DNA of 53,564 nt, from assembly GCA_038883855.1 (NCBI GenBank), contig JAVZLH010000006.1, forward strand, positions 1 to 53,564, given 5' to 3'. Source of the stretch: Candidatus Bathyarchaeia archaeon. GTDB lineage: Archaea > Thermoproteota > Bathyarchaeia > Bathyarchaeales > Bathycorpusculaceae. Below, in pieces: positions 10,396 to 21,605 of the stretch. The position numbers were made by a program, and so were the translations under genes. Position 1 is the first letter of the stretch. Each line of letters begins with the position of its first letter. The notes under the pieces are model-generated. The model worked only from the letters and a program-made list of their open reading frames with translations. It did no database searches and was not told the DNA's origin.

Positions 10396-11304
10396 TTGGG
10401 CAGAGAAACCTTCAGAAGGTATTTGAAGGATAAAGGAGCACAGCATTTAAGGGAGCAACCTCCGAGAAAACGCGAAAGCGAAATTCTCAAAATCGCAAAA
10501 AGCCCCGTTGTCACAATGGCTTCTACAACACCCATTTATGATTCGGTCAAGACTATGGCTGATAAAGGGTTTCGCCGCATACCAATAGCCAATCCTGGAA
10601 CAAAAGCCTTAGAGGGAATTGTGACAGCCACGGATATTGTGGATTATCTCGGTGGTGGAAGAAAGTTTGAGCTTGTCCAGCAGAGGTTTGGCGGGAACTT
10701 TTTCAAAGCAATAAATGAGCCTATAAAGCTGATAATGACGAAAGACGTTTTAACTGTAAAAGCAACTGCAAAAATTGGCGACACAATTGGGCTTATGAAA
10801 GAGAAAAACCTCGGGGGCTTGCCAATAGTTGACGAAGAAAATCGTGTGAAAGCGATAATCACGGAAAGGGACATCGCAATTTTATTCGCCGATAAAATAA
10901 GCGGAGTAAAAGTTGCTGATGTAATGTCTGAAAAGGTTGTTACAGCCCTATCCAAAACCACAATTCTTGAAGCCGAAAAAACCATGGTGACGCAGGGATT
11001 TAGAAGATTACCAATAGTTTCAGACGACAAACTCGTAGGCATAATCACAACCATGGATATCATACGATTTTTCGGTTCAGGCAAGGTCTTTGAATATTTA
11101 AGGTCTGGAACCATAACACAAGTTCTGAACACACCAGCCGTTGAAGTGGCAACAAAGGAAGTTTCAACAATCGAACCAAACGCGGATGTTGGTCAAGCAG
11201 CAAAAATTATGCGGGACAAAAACATTGGAGCATTGCCAGTTGTAGAGAACGATAGACTTGTCGGCATATTAACAGAAAGGGACTTCTTCAAAATAATAGA
11301 ATAG
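10396..11304 (+). CDS. CBS-domain protein (two Bateman pairs)
   Basis: GFRRIPI/GIVTATDI, GFRRLPI/GIITTMDI, GALPVV/GILTERD. Confidence 0.88.
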   Translation: MGRETFRRYLKDKGAQHLREQPPRKRESEILKIAKSPVVTMASTTPIYDSVKTMADKGFRRIPIANPGTKALEGIVTATDIVDYLGGGRKFELVQQRFGGNFFKAINEPIKLIMTKDVLTVKATAKIGDTIGLMKEKNLGGLPIVDEENRVKAIITERDIAILFADKISGVKVADVMSEKVVTALSKTTILEAEKTMVTQGFRRLPIVSDDKLVGIITTMDIIRFFGSGKVFEYLRSGTITQVLNTPAVEVATKEVSTIEPNADVGQAAKIMRDKNIGALPVVENDRLVGILTERDFFKIIE

Positions 11305-11367
11305 GCTTTTACCATAGCCTCAGATTTACAATTATCTAGGCATAAGAGCGGTTAGAGAGCGGCAAAC

Positions 11368-12711
11368 TTGGTTGACTTAATCCTAAACAACGCGAAAGTC
11401 TACGTGAACAAGGAAATAGTGGAATGCAGTATCGCAATTGATAAAGGCAAAATTTTAAAGATAGGTAAAGAAACGAATATGCCGAAAGTAGAGTCACAAA
11501 TGGATTTGAAAGGTCTTTTAGTTTTACCAGGTTTAATAGATGCCCATGTGCATCTTAGAGATGAGGGAAAATCCTACAAAGAAGACTTTTACACTGGAAC
11601 AGCAGCAGCTGCGGCTGGCGGAGTAACAACTGTTTTAGACATGCCAAACAACAACCCCGTAACGATGAGCGCTGAAGCCCTTAAAAATCGGATGAAAATT
11701 GCTGAAAGAAAAATTTTGGTTAATGTTGGCTTTTTTTCTGAATTCCCCAAGAACGTGAAAGAGATAAAGGAGATAGTGGCAGAAGGAGCTGTGGCGTTTA
11801 AGCTTTTTATGGCAGAACAGATTGGTGGCTTAGACATTGACGATGATGACGCGTTGCAAAAGGCATTCAAAATGACTGGCAAACTAAAGACACCAGTGGC
11901 TGTTCACGCTGAAGACAAGGCTTTGTTGGAAAAGGCGAAGAGCGAACTTGAAGACTCACGCCGCAACGACATTGAAGCTTTTCTCGAGGCACATTCTGAA
12001 GAGGCTGAAGTAAAAGCCGTTAAACGCCTCTTAAACATCGCTAAACGCGCTGGCGCACATCTACATTTCTGCCATATAAGCACAGATAAAGGTTTGAATG
12101 CAATAGTTGCAGAGAAAAACTCCGGCATGTCAATAACATGCGAGGCGACACCCCACCATCTCCTATTGACAACAAATGACTTGAAAAAATTGGGAACTTT
12201 GGCATTAACCACACCGCCTGTTAGGGAGAAACATCATTCCGAGGCGCTTTGGAAGGGCATCTTAAACGGTTGGATTGACACTTTAGGTTCAGACCACGCC
12301 CCCCACACCTTGGAGGAGAAGAAGGCGAAAAGCATCTGGGATGTTAAGGTGGGCATACCAGGACTGGAAACAATGCTCCCCCTTATGTTGACTATGGTTA
12401 AAAACGGAAAACTTTCAATAGGTGACTTGGTCAGTTTGTTGGCGGAAAAACCCGCCGAGATTTTTAACTTAAAAGGCAAAGGTTATATCAAAATTGGGAA
12501 TGACGCTGACCTTGTGGTTGTGGATTTGAAGAGAAGGTTTAAAATAGACTCTTCAAAGTTCCATTCAAAGGCGAAGTATTCTCCCTTTGAAGGATGGGAT
12601 GTTGAGGGGAAACCAGTAAAAACGTTTGTTAATGGTAAACTAATAATGGACGGAGATGAAGTTGTGGCTGAGGCTGGAGGCGGAAAAATAGTTCGAGGGA
12701 AGACTGATTGA
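11368..12711 (+). CDS. pyrC: Dihydroorotase (amidohydrolase superfamily)
   Basis: PGLIDAHVHLRD, AAAGGVTTVLDMPN, HAED, HFCHIST, EATPHHL, GSDHAPH. Confidence 0.9.
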   Translation: MVDLILNNAKVYVNKEIVECSIAIDKGKILKIGKETNMPKVESQMDLKGLLVLPGLIDAHVHLRDEGKSYKEDFYTGTAAAAAGGVTTVLDMPNNNPVTMSAEALKNRMKIAERKILVNVGFFSEFPKNVKEIKEIVAEGAVAFKLFMAEQIGGLDIDDDDALQKAFKMTGKLKTPVAVHAEDKALLEKAKSELEDSRRNDIEAFLEAHSEEAEVKAVKRLLNIAKRAGAHLHFCHISTDKGLNAIVAEKNSGMSITCEATPHHLLLTTNDLKKLGTLALTTPPVREKHHSEALWKGILNGWIDTLGSDHAPHTLEEKKAKSIWDVKVGIPGLETMLPLMLTMVKNGKLSIGDLVSLLAEKPAEIFNLKGKGYIKIGNDADLVVVDLKRRFKIDSSKFHSKAKYSPFEGWDVEGKPVKTFVNGKLIMDGDEVVAEAGGGKIVRGKTD

Positions 12712-13184
12712 AATTTATTGCTGATGGGATGCTTGGAAAACTGACAAGATGGCTTCGGATGCTGGGGCACAACGTGAAATACTCGAATAGGCTGGATGAT
12801 GCACAACTGATTGCCATAGCCAAAAAAGAGCGGCGAGTTCTACTTACCCGAGATTTGGAGCTTTACCAACAAGCAACAGCAAAAGGAGTTGACGCCTTCT
12901 ACTTAAACGGTGCAACAGAAGAGGAGCGGTTGGCTGAACTGGCAAAAAGGTTTAACATCAAACTTGACATAGATATGCAAACCTCCAGATGTCCAAAATG
13001 CAACGCCAAAGTCAAACCAGTGCCAAAAGACAACGTGAAGGATAAAGTTGAAAAAAGCACTTTCACCTACTACAACGATTTTTGGGAATGCTCAAAATGT
13101 GGACAAGTTTATTGGCAGGGCGCCCATTGGACAAGAATAAGGAAAACACTCGAAGCTGCAAAGGAGAACCTGAAAAGAAAATAA
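12708..13184 (+). CDS. Mut7-C/PIN-like RNase domain protein (DUF82)
   Basis: FIADGMLGKLTRWLRMLG, LLTRD, RCPKCN...C..CGQVYWQGAH. Confidence 0.9.
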   Translation: MKFIADGMLGKLTRWLRMLGHNVKYSNRLDDAQLIAIAKKERRVLLTRDLELYQQATAKGVDAFYLNGATEEERLAELAKRFNIKLDIDMQTSRCPKCNAKVKPVPKDNVKDKVEKSTFTYYNDFWECSKCGQVYWQGAHWTRIRKTLEAAKENLKRK

Positions 13185-13204
13185 AATGTGGTGTCCCGCT
13201 GGGT

Positions 13205-13462
13205 TCAGCTTTCCTTCAGAAGCCATTTTAATGGGATATCTTGGTATGTTCCATCTGGCAAAGTGCGCCTTATAGTTATTGGCAGGATGCCGCTCTCAAA
13301 CTCCTTTAACGCTATGTCTATGGGACTTGAATACCCTTCAGAAATGTCAACGAGCACTGGTGCGCCCATGGATATTTGAAGAGCCCTAGCTCCCACTATC
13401 CGCGCTTTCTCGAAACGGGTAATTTTCGGTGGACCAATCAGAATTTTTTCTTCTTCAGGCGT
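13205..13462 (-). CDS. rpoK: DNA-directed RNA polymerase subunit K (Rpo6); inferred start ACG
   Basis: [26 protein letters not shown]...[10 protein letters not shown]. The conserved part begins upstream of the ORF-track start, with no ATG/GTG/TTG before the thermosome TAG. Confidence 0.92.
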   Translation of the reverse strand, partial: TPEEEKILIGPPKITRFEKARIVGARALQISMGAPVLVDISEGYSSPIDIALKEFESGILPITIRRTLPDGTYQDIPLKWLLKES

Positions 13463-13465
13463 AAC

Positions 13466-15106
13466 CTAATACTCCCCAGCGCCTGGAGGTTGACCACCGG
13501 GTGGCATTGGAGGAGTTTTCGTTTTTCCAGCAGCGATCACGTCGTCGATCTTTAAAATCATTGAAGCTGCTTCGGTTGCTGATTTAATTATTTGTTTTTT
13601 GACTGCGAGAGGTTCGAAGACCTCAACTTTAAGCATATCTTGGATTTTTCCATCGTGAACCTCTATTCCAGCCCAAATCTCGCCTTTTTCATGTCTAGCC
13701 CTAAGCTCAGAAAGTATGTCTATCGGATCTAAACCAGCGTTTTCGGTTAATGTTGTGGGAATGACTTCAAGGGCTTCTGCGAAGCTTTTAACTGCGAGTT
13801 GTTCTCTTCCCGGAAGTGTTTCCGCGTATTTCTTCAACATCCGCGAAACTTCAAGTTCTGGGGCGCCGCCGCCTGCAAGGACTTTTGGTTCCTCTACAAC
13901 ATCTCGCACTACGCAAAGGGCATCGTGCAAAGACCTTTCAGCCTCGTCTACTATGCGTTCTGACCCACCCCTTATCAGGATCGTGACAGCTTTAGGATGC
14001 TTGCAACCTTCCACAAAGGTCATTTTGTCGTCGCCTATTTTGCGTTCTTCCACAACTTCGGCGTAACCTAAATCAGCAGGTGTTATAGCATCCAAGTTGG
14101 TTACAACTCTTCCACCAGTGGCTTTTGCAAGTTTTTCCATATCTGATTTTTTAACCCTTCTGACAGCCATTATTCCCTTTCTTGCCAAAAAGTGCTGAGC
14201 CATGTCGTCTATGCCTTTTTGGCATATAACTACATTTGCCCCTACGGATGCCAGTTTGTCAACCATCTCCCTTAGCATTTCTTCTTCTTGTTTGAGGAAA
14301 GCTTCCATCTGCTCCGGGCTTTCAATGTTGATTTTGGCGTCAAACTCTGTCTTCTCGATTTCTAGGGAGCAGTCGAGCAACGCTATATTCGCCTTTTCCA
14401 CGCGTTTAGGCATTCCAGAATGCACAACTTCCTTATCTAAAACTATGCCGTGGATTAGCTTTGTGTCCCTGATTGATTCGCCTGGCTTCTTTTCAACTTT
14501 GACATCATCCACATCCACCTTGTATTTTTCGCCTTCCTTTTCCGCCACGGCAAGGATGGCTTTAACAGCTAAGTCGGCTAAGTATTCTCTGTGGTCGGCT
14601 ACAAGCTTGCTTGCCATAGAAGTCATGGCAACCTTCTTCAAGTATTCTTCACTGTTCTGCCCCGTGTGTATCGCGATTTTCTCCAAGACTTCCAGCGCTT
14701 TTTCTGCAGCTTTCTTATAACCATCAATTATAATTGTTGGATGAACATTTTTCTCAATTAATTCTTCAGCTTTATTTAGGAGTTCGCCTGAAATTATAAC
14801 GGCTGTTGTTGTTCCATCGCCAACCTCGTTGTCTTGTGTTTTTGCAACTTCAACCATCATTTTTGCTGCTGGGTGTTGAATGTCCATTTCATCAAGTATG
14901 GTTCGTCCGTCACTCGTGATTGTGACGTCGCCGAAGCTGTCAACAAGCATCTTATCCATTCCTTTCGGGCCTAAGGCGCTTTTCACGCTTTCGGCGACTA
15001 TTTTAGCCGCCATTATGTTTGTGTGTTGGGCTTCTTTTCCCCTAGAGCGGCTTGAACCTTCCTTTAATACTAGAACTGGTACTCCGCCGGTTGTAGGTGA
15101 TGACAA
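13466..15106 (-). CDS. ths: Thermosome (group II chaperonin) subunit
   Basis: [27 protein letters not shown] motifs. Confidence 0.98.
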   Translation of the reverse strand: MSSPTTGGVPVLVLKEGSSRSRGKEAQHTNIMAAKIVAESVKSALGPKGMDKMLVDSFGDVTITSDGRTILDEMDIQHPAAKMMVEVAKTQDNEVGDGTTTAVIISGELLNKAEELIEKNVHPTIIIDGYKKAAEKALEVLEKIAIHTGQNSEEYLKKVAMTSMASKLVADHREYLADLAVKAILAVAEKEGEKYKVDVDDVKVEKKPGESIRDTKLIHGIVLDKEVVHSGMPKRVEKANIALLDCSLEIEKTEFDAKINIESPEQMEAFLKQEEEMLREMVDKLASVGANVVICQKGIDDMAQHFLARKGIMAVRRVKKSDMEKLAKATGGRVVTNLDAITPADLGYAEVVEERKIGDDKMTFVEGCKHPKAVTILIRGGSERIVDEAERSLHDALCVVRDVVEEPKVLAGGGAPELEVSRMLKKYAETLPGREQLAVKSFAEALEVIPTTLTENAGLDPIDILSELRARHEKGEIWAGIEVHDGKIQDMLKVEVFEPLAVKKQIIKSATEAASMILKIDDVIAAGKTKTPPMPPGGQPPGAGEY

Positions 15107-15151
15107 ACCTTTAACAACCCCCTTTAATGTGTCAACAAGAGAAACAGCATT

Positions 15152-15170
15152 ACAATATAAATTTTTCTAA
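15152..15170 (-). promoter_or_regulatory. BRE-TATA promoter of thermosome
   Basis: Minus strand AGAAAAA-TTTATA about 50 nt upstream of the start. Confidence 0.6.
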
Positions 15171-15171
15171 C

Positions 15172-15705
15172 CTATACCCTTAAAACATACCCTTCCTTGT
15201 AAGCGTTCAAGTTATCTTTCACTGTTTTTTCTGAAACGCTTTCCTTGACGGCTTTTTCCACAGATTTTGCGGTAACTATTTTTGTTATTTTCGTTAGCGC
15301 CCCCAACATAACCATGTTTGCATATGTGCTTTCTCCAAACATTTTTTCGGCGATTTCTGTTGCTGGAATTTTGAAAGTTTCCGCCTTTGTTGATGTAATG
15401 GTTTCGACATTGGTGCTGTCAACCATTAATATTCCATCTTCTTTCAAGTCTTTAAGGAATTTGTTTAGCGATTCTTGGTTCATCGCCACTAGAATGTCGC
15501 ATTTTCTAACCGCTGGAAAACCTATTCGGCTGTCTGAAATTATCACTTCGCTTCTGACTAGACTTCCCCTCGCCTCAGCCCCATAATACTGTGTTTGCAA
15601 AGCGCTCTTTCCATCATAAACAGCCGCCTTCCCCAAAATTTGCCCAGCTAAAACAACCCCTTGCCCACCATAACCGCATATCCGCACTTCAACCCTTTTC
15701 GGCAT
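15172..15705 (-). CDS. korC: 2-oxoacid:ferredoxin oxidoreductase gamma subunit
   Basis: GYGGQGVVLAG, YGAEARG, ANMVMLGAL. Confidence 0.9.
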   Translation of the reverse strand: MPKRVEVRICGYGGQGVVLAGQILGKAAVYDGKSALQTQYYGAEARGSLVRSEVIISDSRIGFPAVRKCDILVAMNQESLNKFLKDLKEDGILMVDSTNVETITSTKAETFKIPATEIAEKMFGESTYANMVMLGALTKITKIVTAKSVEKAVKESVSEKTVKDNLNAYKEGYVLRV

Positions 15706-16522
15706 GGGCTTGCACCTCATTTAACATGGCGTAAACGTTTTCAACCAGCGTTGGACGCTTTCTCTCAACAAACTCACCAACAACTATCCTTTTTTCAAGT
15801 TCTTCCTCGCCCATCTTTTCCGCTTGCCCGACGGGAACAGCGCTTTCTTTAAACCATTTAAGCATCTCTCCAACATCTTTAAAGCCAACTCTCCTTCCAA
15901 AAGCCGTGGGACACTGGCTTACAACTTCAATAAAGCTGAAACCACGGATTCGTAAAGCTCTCTTGATTGATTCCTTTAGATTTTGCGGGTGAGCTGTTGT
16001 CCAACGGGCACCGTAGGCAGCTCCAGCCGCAACCGCAAGCTTTACAGCGTCTAAAGGCTGTTCAAAACTTCCGTAAGGCGTAGTGGTTGTCTTTGCTTTG
16101 AACGGAGTTGTCGGAGCAACTTGCCCACCAGTCATGCCGTAAATCATGTTATTCACCATTATAACGAGGATGTCTGTGTTTCTTCTCGCGGCGTGGATGA
16201 AGTGGCTTAAGCCTATTCCGACGATGTCGCCGTCTCCGCCGAAAACAACCACGTTAAGGTCTGGACGCATGAGCTTTATGCTTGTAGCCACGGGAATGCT
16301 TCTTCCATGAAGCGTGTGGACTGAATCTGCCAGATAATATGGTGAGGGAATCCAAGAAGAACAGCCTATCCCGCTGCAGAAGACAAATTTGCTCAAATCC
16401 TCATAGCCCAACTCGTAAACAGCCCTCAAAAAAGTGTCGCTGACCAAATATAACCCGCAGCCGGCACAGAAAGGAAACTTTAAGCCTCGCAAATATCTGC
16501 GAACTGAAAAAGCTTCACTCAA
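15689..16522 (-). CDS. korB: 2-oxoacid:ferredoxin oxidoreductase beta (TPP-binding) subunit
   Basis: FCAGCG, SGIGCS, HTLHGR, GGDGD, NNMIYGMTGGQ, SQCPT. Start placed at TTG 16522. Confidence 0.92.
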   Translation of the reverse strand: MSEAFSVRRYLRGLKFPFCAGCGLYLVSDTFLRAVYELGYEDLSKFVFCSGIGCSSWIPSPYYLADSVHTLHGRSIPVATSIKLMRPDLNVVVFGGDGDIVGIGLSHFIHAARRNTDILVIMVNNMIYGMTGGQVAPTTPFKAKTTTTPYGSFEQPLDAVKLAVAAGAAYGARWTTAHPQNLKESIKRALRIRGFSFIEVVSQCPTAFGRRVGFKDVGEMLKWFKESAVPVGQAEKMGEEELEKRIVVGEFVERKRPTLVENVYAMLNEVQAHAEKG

Positions 16523-17658
16523 CCGCCTTTCCTCCTTCAATTTGAGATAAAATCTCTTCCGGAGTGATGAGTTCCCCGCCCCCAATCTTATTTAAAGGAA
16601 CAACCTCTATGGAACATGCCACCCTTTTAACCTCGTAGAAGAGTTGGCCCAAGTTCATTTCTGGAACAAATATTTTTTTCGGCAGTTTCAGCCAGTTTTT
16701 TCACTGGTTTTTCTGGGAAAGGCCAAATTGTTTTAAGCCGAACATAGCCTACTCTTATGCCCTTTTTCTCTGCCTCTTCTACGACTTCGTAGACTGCGCG
16801 GGACGTGCATCCATAAGAAACTATGCCCACTTGGCAGTTTTCGATGTTATAGGTTTCAACTTCCGCTATGTCATCCACGTTCTTCCTTATCTTGTTGTTA
16901 ATGTTTTCAACAACCCGCCTATGAACTGTTGGGTCTGCGGTAAAACGTATCCCATACTCGTCGTGGGATGACGCTGTAACGGCTACATTAAAGCCTTCGC
17001 CGACTGCTGGCATGGGCGCCACATCTTCCAAGCCAAAAAACATTTTGTCTTCTGGCTTAGGCTTTTTACGGTTAACTATTTCTATGCTCTTCAACGGCGG
17101 CAATGTTACTTGCTCTCTCAAATGGGCTATAATTTCGTCTGTTAATAAAACAACTGGCGTTCTGTATTTTTCAGCCAAGTTAAAAGCCCTTATGGTTAAT
17201 TCAAACATTTCCTGAACAGAGTTCGGAGAAAGAACAATCGCCGAATAATCCCCATGAGTCCCCCAACGCGCCTGCATAACATCCCCTTGAGCGCACTTCG
17301 TCGCCTGCCCAGTTCCAGGTCCAACCCTCTGAACGTCAACTAACACGCAAGGCGTTTCAGTCATGAAAGCCCAGCCTATGGTTTCCTGCATCAAACTGAA
17401 GCCTGGACCAGACGTTGCAGTCATAGCCTTTGCGCCTGTCCAGCTTGCGCCGACAACAGCGTTTATAGAAGCTAGTTCGTCTTCCATCTGCACGAATATG
17501 CCGTTGACCTTTGGTAAGCGTACAGCCATGTGTTCGGCTATTTCGTTAGCTGGCGATATTGGGTATCCGGCGAAGAAACGGCATCCAGCGGTTATTGCGG
17601 CTTCTGCGCATGCTTCGCTTCCTTGCCAAAAAAGTCTTTCTTGTTTAGTTTTTTTCAT
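16515..17658 (-). CDS. korA: 2-oxoacid:ferredoxin oxidoreductase alpha subunit, frameshift at T-run 16673-16679
   Basis: FFAGYPISP, QMEDE, TATSGPG, QRVGPGTG. The shifted frame restores IFVPEMNLGQL...EILSQIEGGKAVE*, overlapping the korB start. Confidence 0.9.
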
Positions 17659-17826
17659 TGTGTTTGTGTGCCTCCCGTTAATTATGCGGTTGCTTTTCAC
17701 CTAAAAAGCCTCTGCAAACTTTCGTGTGAGAAGTCAATTTTATGTTTTGCCAGCGGTGTAAATTTGATAGCTCTCTCTAGATTTTTCGTTAGCGTTTAGA
17801 GGAAAAGTGTGTTTTATAAGGGCTGT

Positions 17827-19053
17827 TTATTTGTAGGGGATGTAGTCTTTTCCGAGGAGTTCTCTGGCGATTACTATTCTTTGGATGTTGGTTGTTCCCT
17901 CTGCTCCAACACAGTAGGACATCATGCTTCTGAAACCCATCTCTATCGGGCATTCTTTTGTGTAGCCGTAGGCACCCATCCAAATCATCACATGCTTGAA
18001 AACGTCGAAAGCGAAGTGAGGCGCAATAAGCTTGCAAGCAGCAATCATTTTACATACTTCTAGCGGCGTGAACCTCTTTTCTTTATAGCGTTCATCGTTC
18101 ATCCAAGCTGTGCGGTAAACAAGCGAGCGTAAAGCTTGCAGTTGCGCCCAGTCATCAGCTAACTCGAACTGGATGCCCTCAAACTTGCCAATAGGTCTTC
18201 CGAAAGCCTTCCGCTCCTTAATGTACTCCATTCCAATTTCAAGTGCTCGTTGAGCTGCACCAACGCAGGCTGCGGCTATTAGGATGCGGGCGTTGTCGAA
18301 CCCCTCCATTGTTAGGTAGAAGCCCTTGTCTACTTCGCCTATGACATGGTATTCTGGAAGCTTCACGTCGTTCATGGAGATGCCGCCTGTTGAAATTGCC
18401 ATTCTTCCCATGTCTTCGAAACGCTTGTAGACTTCCACACCCGACGCGTTTATAGGCAGATAAAAGGCGGTCAACCCGCGGTGCGGCGCGTCTGACGGGT
18501 CTGGCGGGGCTGGCGAGGTTCTGGCTATGACGAAGTAACCGCCGCCCAATTTTTTTGCCTCTTCTGTTCCGCTGATGTAAATTTTCTCGCCGTTCAGCAC
18601 CCATTCATTCCCTTCTTTCCGTGCTGTTGATTTGATGGCCGCAACATCTGAGCCTCCTCCGGCTTATGTTGAGCCTATGCCTATGAAGGCTTCGCCCTTC
18701 GCGGCTTTTCGGATAACGGCTTCGCGCACTTGCTCGCTGCAGTATCGGTCAACTACAAATCCCCAAGAACAGCCTAAAAGCCAGAAGACTGGCAATGCGA
18801 TGCTTATGTCAGCGTAACTAAGTTCTTCTGCCGCAATGCAGGCGGTAACCCAGTCAGCTCCAGCTCCACCATGCTCCTCGGGTACTGTCATGAGCAAAAG
18901 CCCTAAATCGCCTAAGCCCTTTATTATTTCCCTCGGGATTTCACCTTTACTGTCCATTTCTCTAACTTTTTCCAGGGGCAGTTCTTTTTGGCACCATTCG
19001 CGAACTGCTTTGCGGAAAAGCTCCTGTTCCTCAGTGAAGCTAAAATCAACCAT
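17827..19053 (-). CDS. Acyl-CoA dehydrogenase interrupted by in-frame TAA at 18664-18666 (pseudogene or sequence error)
   Basis: ORFs 18664-19053 and 17827-18600 are in the same frame. Sequence reads GIGST*AGGGSD where TExxxGSD is expected. NGEKIYIS, ERKAFGRPI, GAEGTTNIQR. Confidence 0.88.
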
Positions 19054-19160
19054 GCTTCAGTTACCTTTGACGCCTAACTACGAGTTTTAATGAATATAAA
19101 GTTGCCTTCACTTAAGGCAACGAAACACCTTTAAATATCAATTAGTTAAACCATTGGAAG

Positions 19161-20962
19161 GTGAAAGGTTTGAACTTTTTTATCTTTTTCCTCATATGGG
19201 CTGTTTTATGGTATATTCCTATTCCACCGAAAAAGTCGGGATGGAAGAAGCCCGCACGTATAATTTCGCTTTTGGTAGGCTTGTTTCTTTTCTTCATAAT
19301 CCAGTTTATGCATCCGCCCCTAAGCATCTTTGTTTACCTATTAATATTTCTAAGAGGTTTTGCCGCCTTTATTGAATCAGTTTTTTCGCTTAAACCAGTA
19401 GAATCCGAAAGCGCTGAGAAGCATTATTATCCTCGTCGACGTTTTCCATGGAAAATTTCGCCTAAAATAAAAGCGAAAATGGTAGGTGCTCTTTTTATCC
19501 TGTATTTGTTGGCAGTTTGTATAATGATCGTTTTTGGACAAGTTCAAAGGGTAACCAACGCCGCTTACTTCAATAGTTTTGTTATCGTTGAGCCAGAAGG
19601 CAAATTGCCATTCAACAAAACAATCGAGGATAAAATGGTGCGGCTCGTAACAGAGGAGCTCGCCATATCTATAGCGAGAAGGCACATGTCCGAGTTTGGA
19701 AGCAACACTCAAGTCCTTGGTTGCCACATCACAAAAACTCCAGACGGAGAACTTGTTTGGGTAGCCGTCATAGGCTCAACAAACGTTTTAGCCGAAAATT
19801 ATGTTAAAGGCTTTGTTATAGTGGATGCAACAGACCCAACTGCTACGCCAGAAATAGTGAGGAAAGAGTTTGCTGTTGGAGAAGCGTTATGGTGGCTTAA
19901 CAACATTCATTTCCGCTCTTATGTCAACGACATGGTGAGAAGCTATGGCATAGCATATATCACGTGGGACTTTACAACGAACGAAACTGCTTATGTTGTG
20001 GCACGCTACAATGTAGGCTTCGACCTGATTAGAAGATATGAAACGCCTATGGTTTATGACGCGGGAGGCAATCTCTACCATCAATCAGAAAACTTGTCTG
20101 ACATCCCCTACTGGATTACACAAGTCTATGATGAAGATTGGCTTGAAGAAATGATAGACGAGATGGGCAACTTCAAAAGAGGCGAAGGCTTCGACTACTG
20201 GGCAGGCGGTTTCTTATGGATAATTCCACCAAGCCGAGAATGCTTTGAAATGACCGAAGACACACGCTATATCGTTGACCCTGAAACAAACGATGTGGTA
20301 GCCCTAGTCTGCGTGAACCCCGTTGGAAATCAAAGGACGCTTTCGGGAGTCTTTAAGGCTACAAGAAACGGCATCTTCTTCTACGACTTTAGACAACACA
20401 ACTATATTTCAGGCATGACCGCCGAAGACTTTGTTGAGGGAAGACTGCCAAAACCAGCCTCGGGCTACTATGATGCTGAGATGCCACTGCTGTATCCGGT
20501 CAACGTTTCAGAAAACCAGTATAGACTTGCGTGGTACGTGCCCATCTACTGGCGGGAAGGCACAGGCACAAAAGATGAAACCATATACTTGGCTGGCTTT
20601 GCGATAATTGACGCGGAGGAAACAAGCAAAATTGCCATAACAATTAACGAGGAAGGCTTAACAAGCGAACAACTGGTGCGCAAAACCGGCTGGACTTCAT
20701 TAAACTCTTTGGTGTAATAACCTATCCTGAAGTTAACGCGATAGTTAGAGGCAAATATGAGTATTCAGAGGACGGAACCACACACATAGTCTTGCGTTTG
20801 TACAACGAAACATACGAGTGGGTGGAAGCAACACCAAAAGACCTTCCGACACTCCAATGGAACGAGTTAATGGCGACCGAACCTTTGCAAAACGTCACCA
20901 TGCACCTCGAAAAGCGTGGAGATAAGTGGATAATAACATACTTTGACAACTTAGATATCTAA
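19161..20962 (+). CDS. Uncharacterised membrane-anchored protein (~600 aa), frameshift at ~20686
   Basis: About four N-terminal TM helices and a large soluble domain. The alternate frame continues RLDFIKLFGVITYPEV...KWIITYFDNLDI* to 20962. Confidence 0.7.
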
Positions 20963-21462
20963 TAAACCGAGACCTTAGCCACACCCTTAACCTTTAAAAA
21001 CTCTGAAATCAACTCGCCTGGAATCTTCTTTTCCGCAATAAGCGTAAGTTTGGGTTCGGGCGAAAGTTCAGGGTCATCCACAATAGCCTGTCTTATACTC
21101 AAACCGTTTTTTGCAAGAATCATAGCCGCATTCGCCAGTATGCCTGGAATTCGCGCGTCAACAGGCGTTATTTCAACAACCCCCAAATCCAAGTGCCTCG
21201 CAACCTCTTTCAATGAGTGCCCAGCAGACCTTAAATCCTCGAAGATTAGGCGCAGTTCACAGTTGGCTTTGATGGCTTTTAACGTTTCATTCACGGTTCT
21301 GCGGTCGACGTTGGCGACTCGTGCCACACGCACTGGTGGGACCTCAATTTCGTTGAGGTAAATTTTTCCGTTTCTGACGCTTAATCCGTTTTCTACGAGG
21401 ACACGGGCTACTCTAAGCCTTTCGGGATAATCCTCAAAATATTTTTTGATGTTGTTCCACAT
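20959..21462 (-). CDS. Amino-acid-binding regulator with ACT domain (COG2150-like)
   Basis: MWNNIKKYFEDYP..ARVLVENGL..VDRRTV HTH plus PGILA...SIRQAIVDDPEL ACT domain. Confidence 0.88.
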   Translation of the reverse strand: MWNNIKKYFEDYPERLRVARVLVENGLSVRNGKIYLNEIEVPPVRVARVANVDRRTVNETLKAIKANCELRLIFEDLRSAGHSLKEVARHLDLGVVEITPVDARIPGILANAAMILAKNGLSIRQAIVDDPELSPEPKLTLIAEKKIPGELISEFLKVKGVAKVSVY

Positions 21463-21605
21463 TTCCAGTTTTCCTTCATGTGCAGTTTTGCGCAATAAAG
21501 TATAAATAAGTTTATCTTATTCAATTTTGGTGAACATAACTGTACATTGAGGTTCAAAATTGAACAATAAAAGTTCAACGAATCTGCAAATACACACACC
21601 ACAAG

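Noticed and set aside
13205-15106. TAG read-through or pyrrolysine recoding giving a thermosome-RpoK fusion
   Set aside because: Many clearly complete genes here end in TAG (e.g. rps26e, histone, csl4), no pyl genes are visible, and the thermosome has a normal C-terminal tail.
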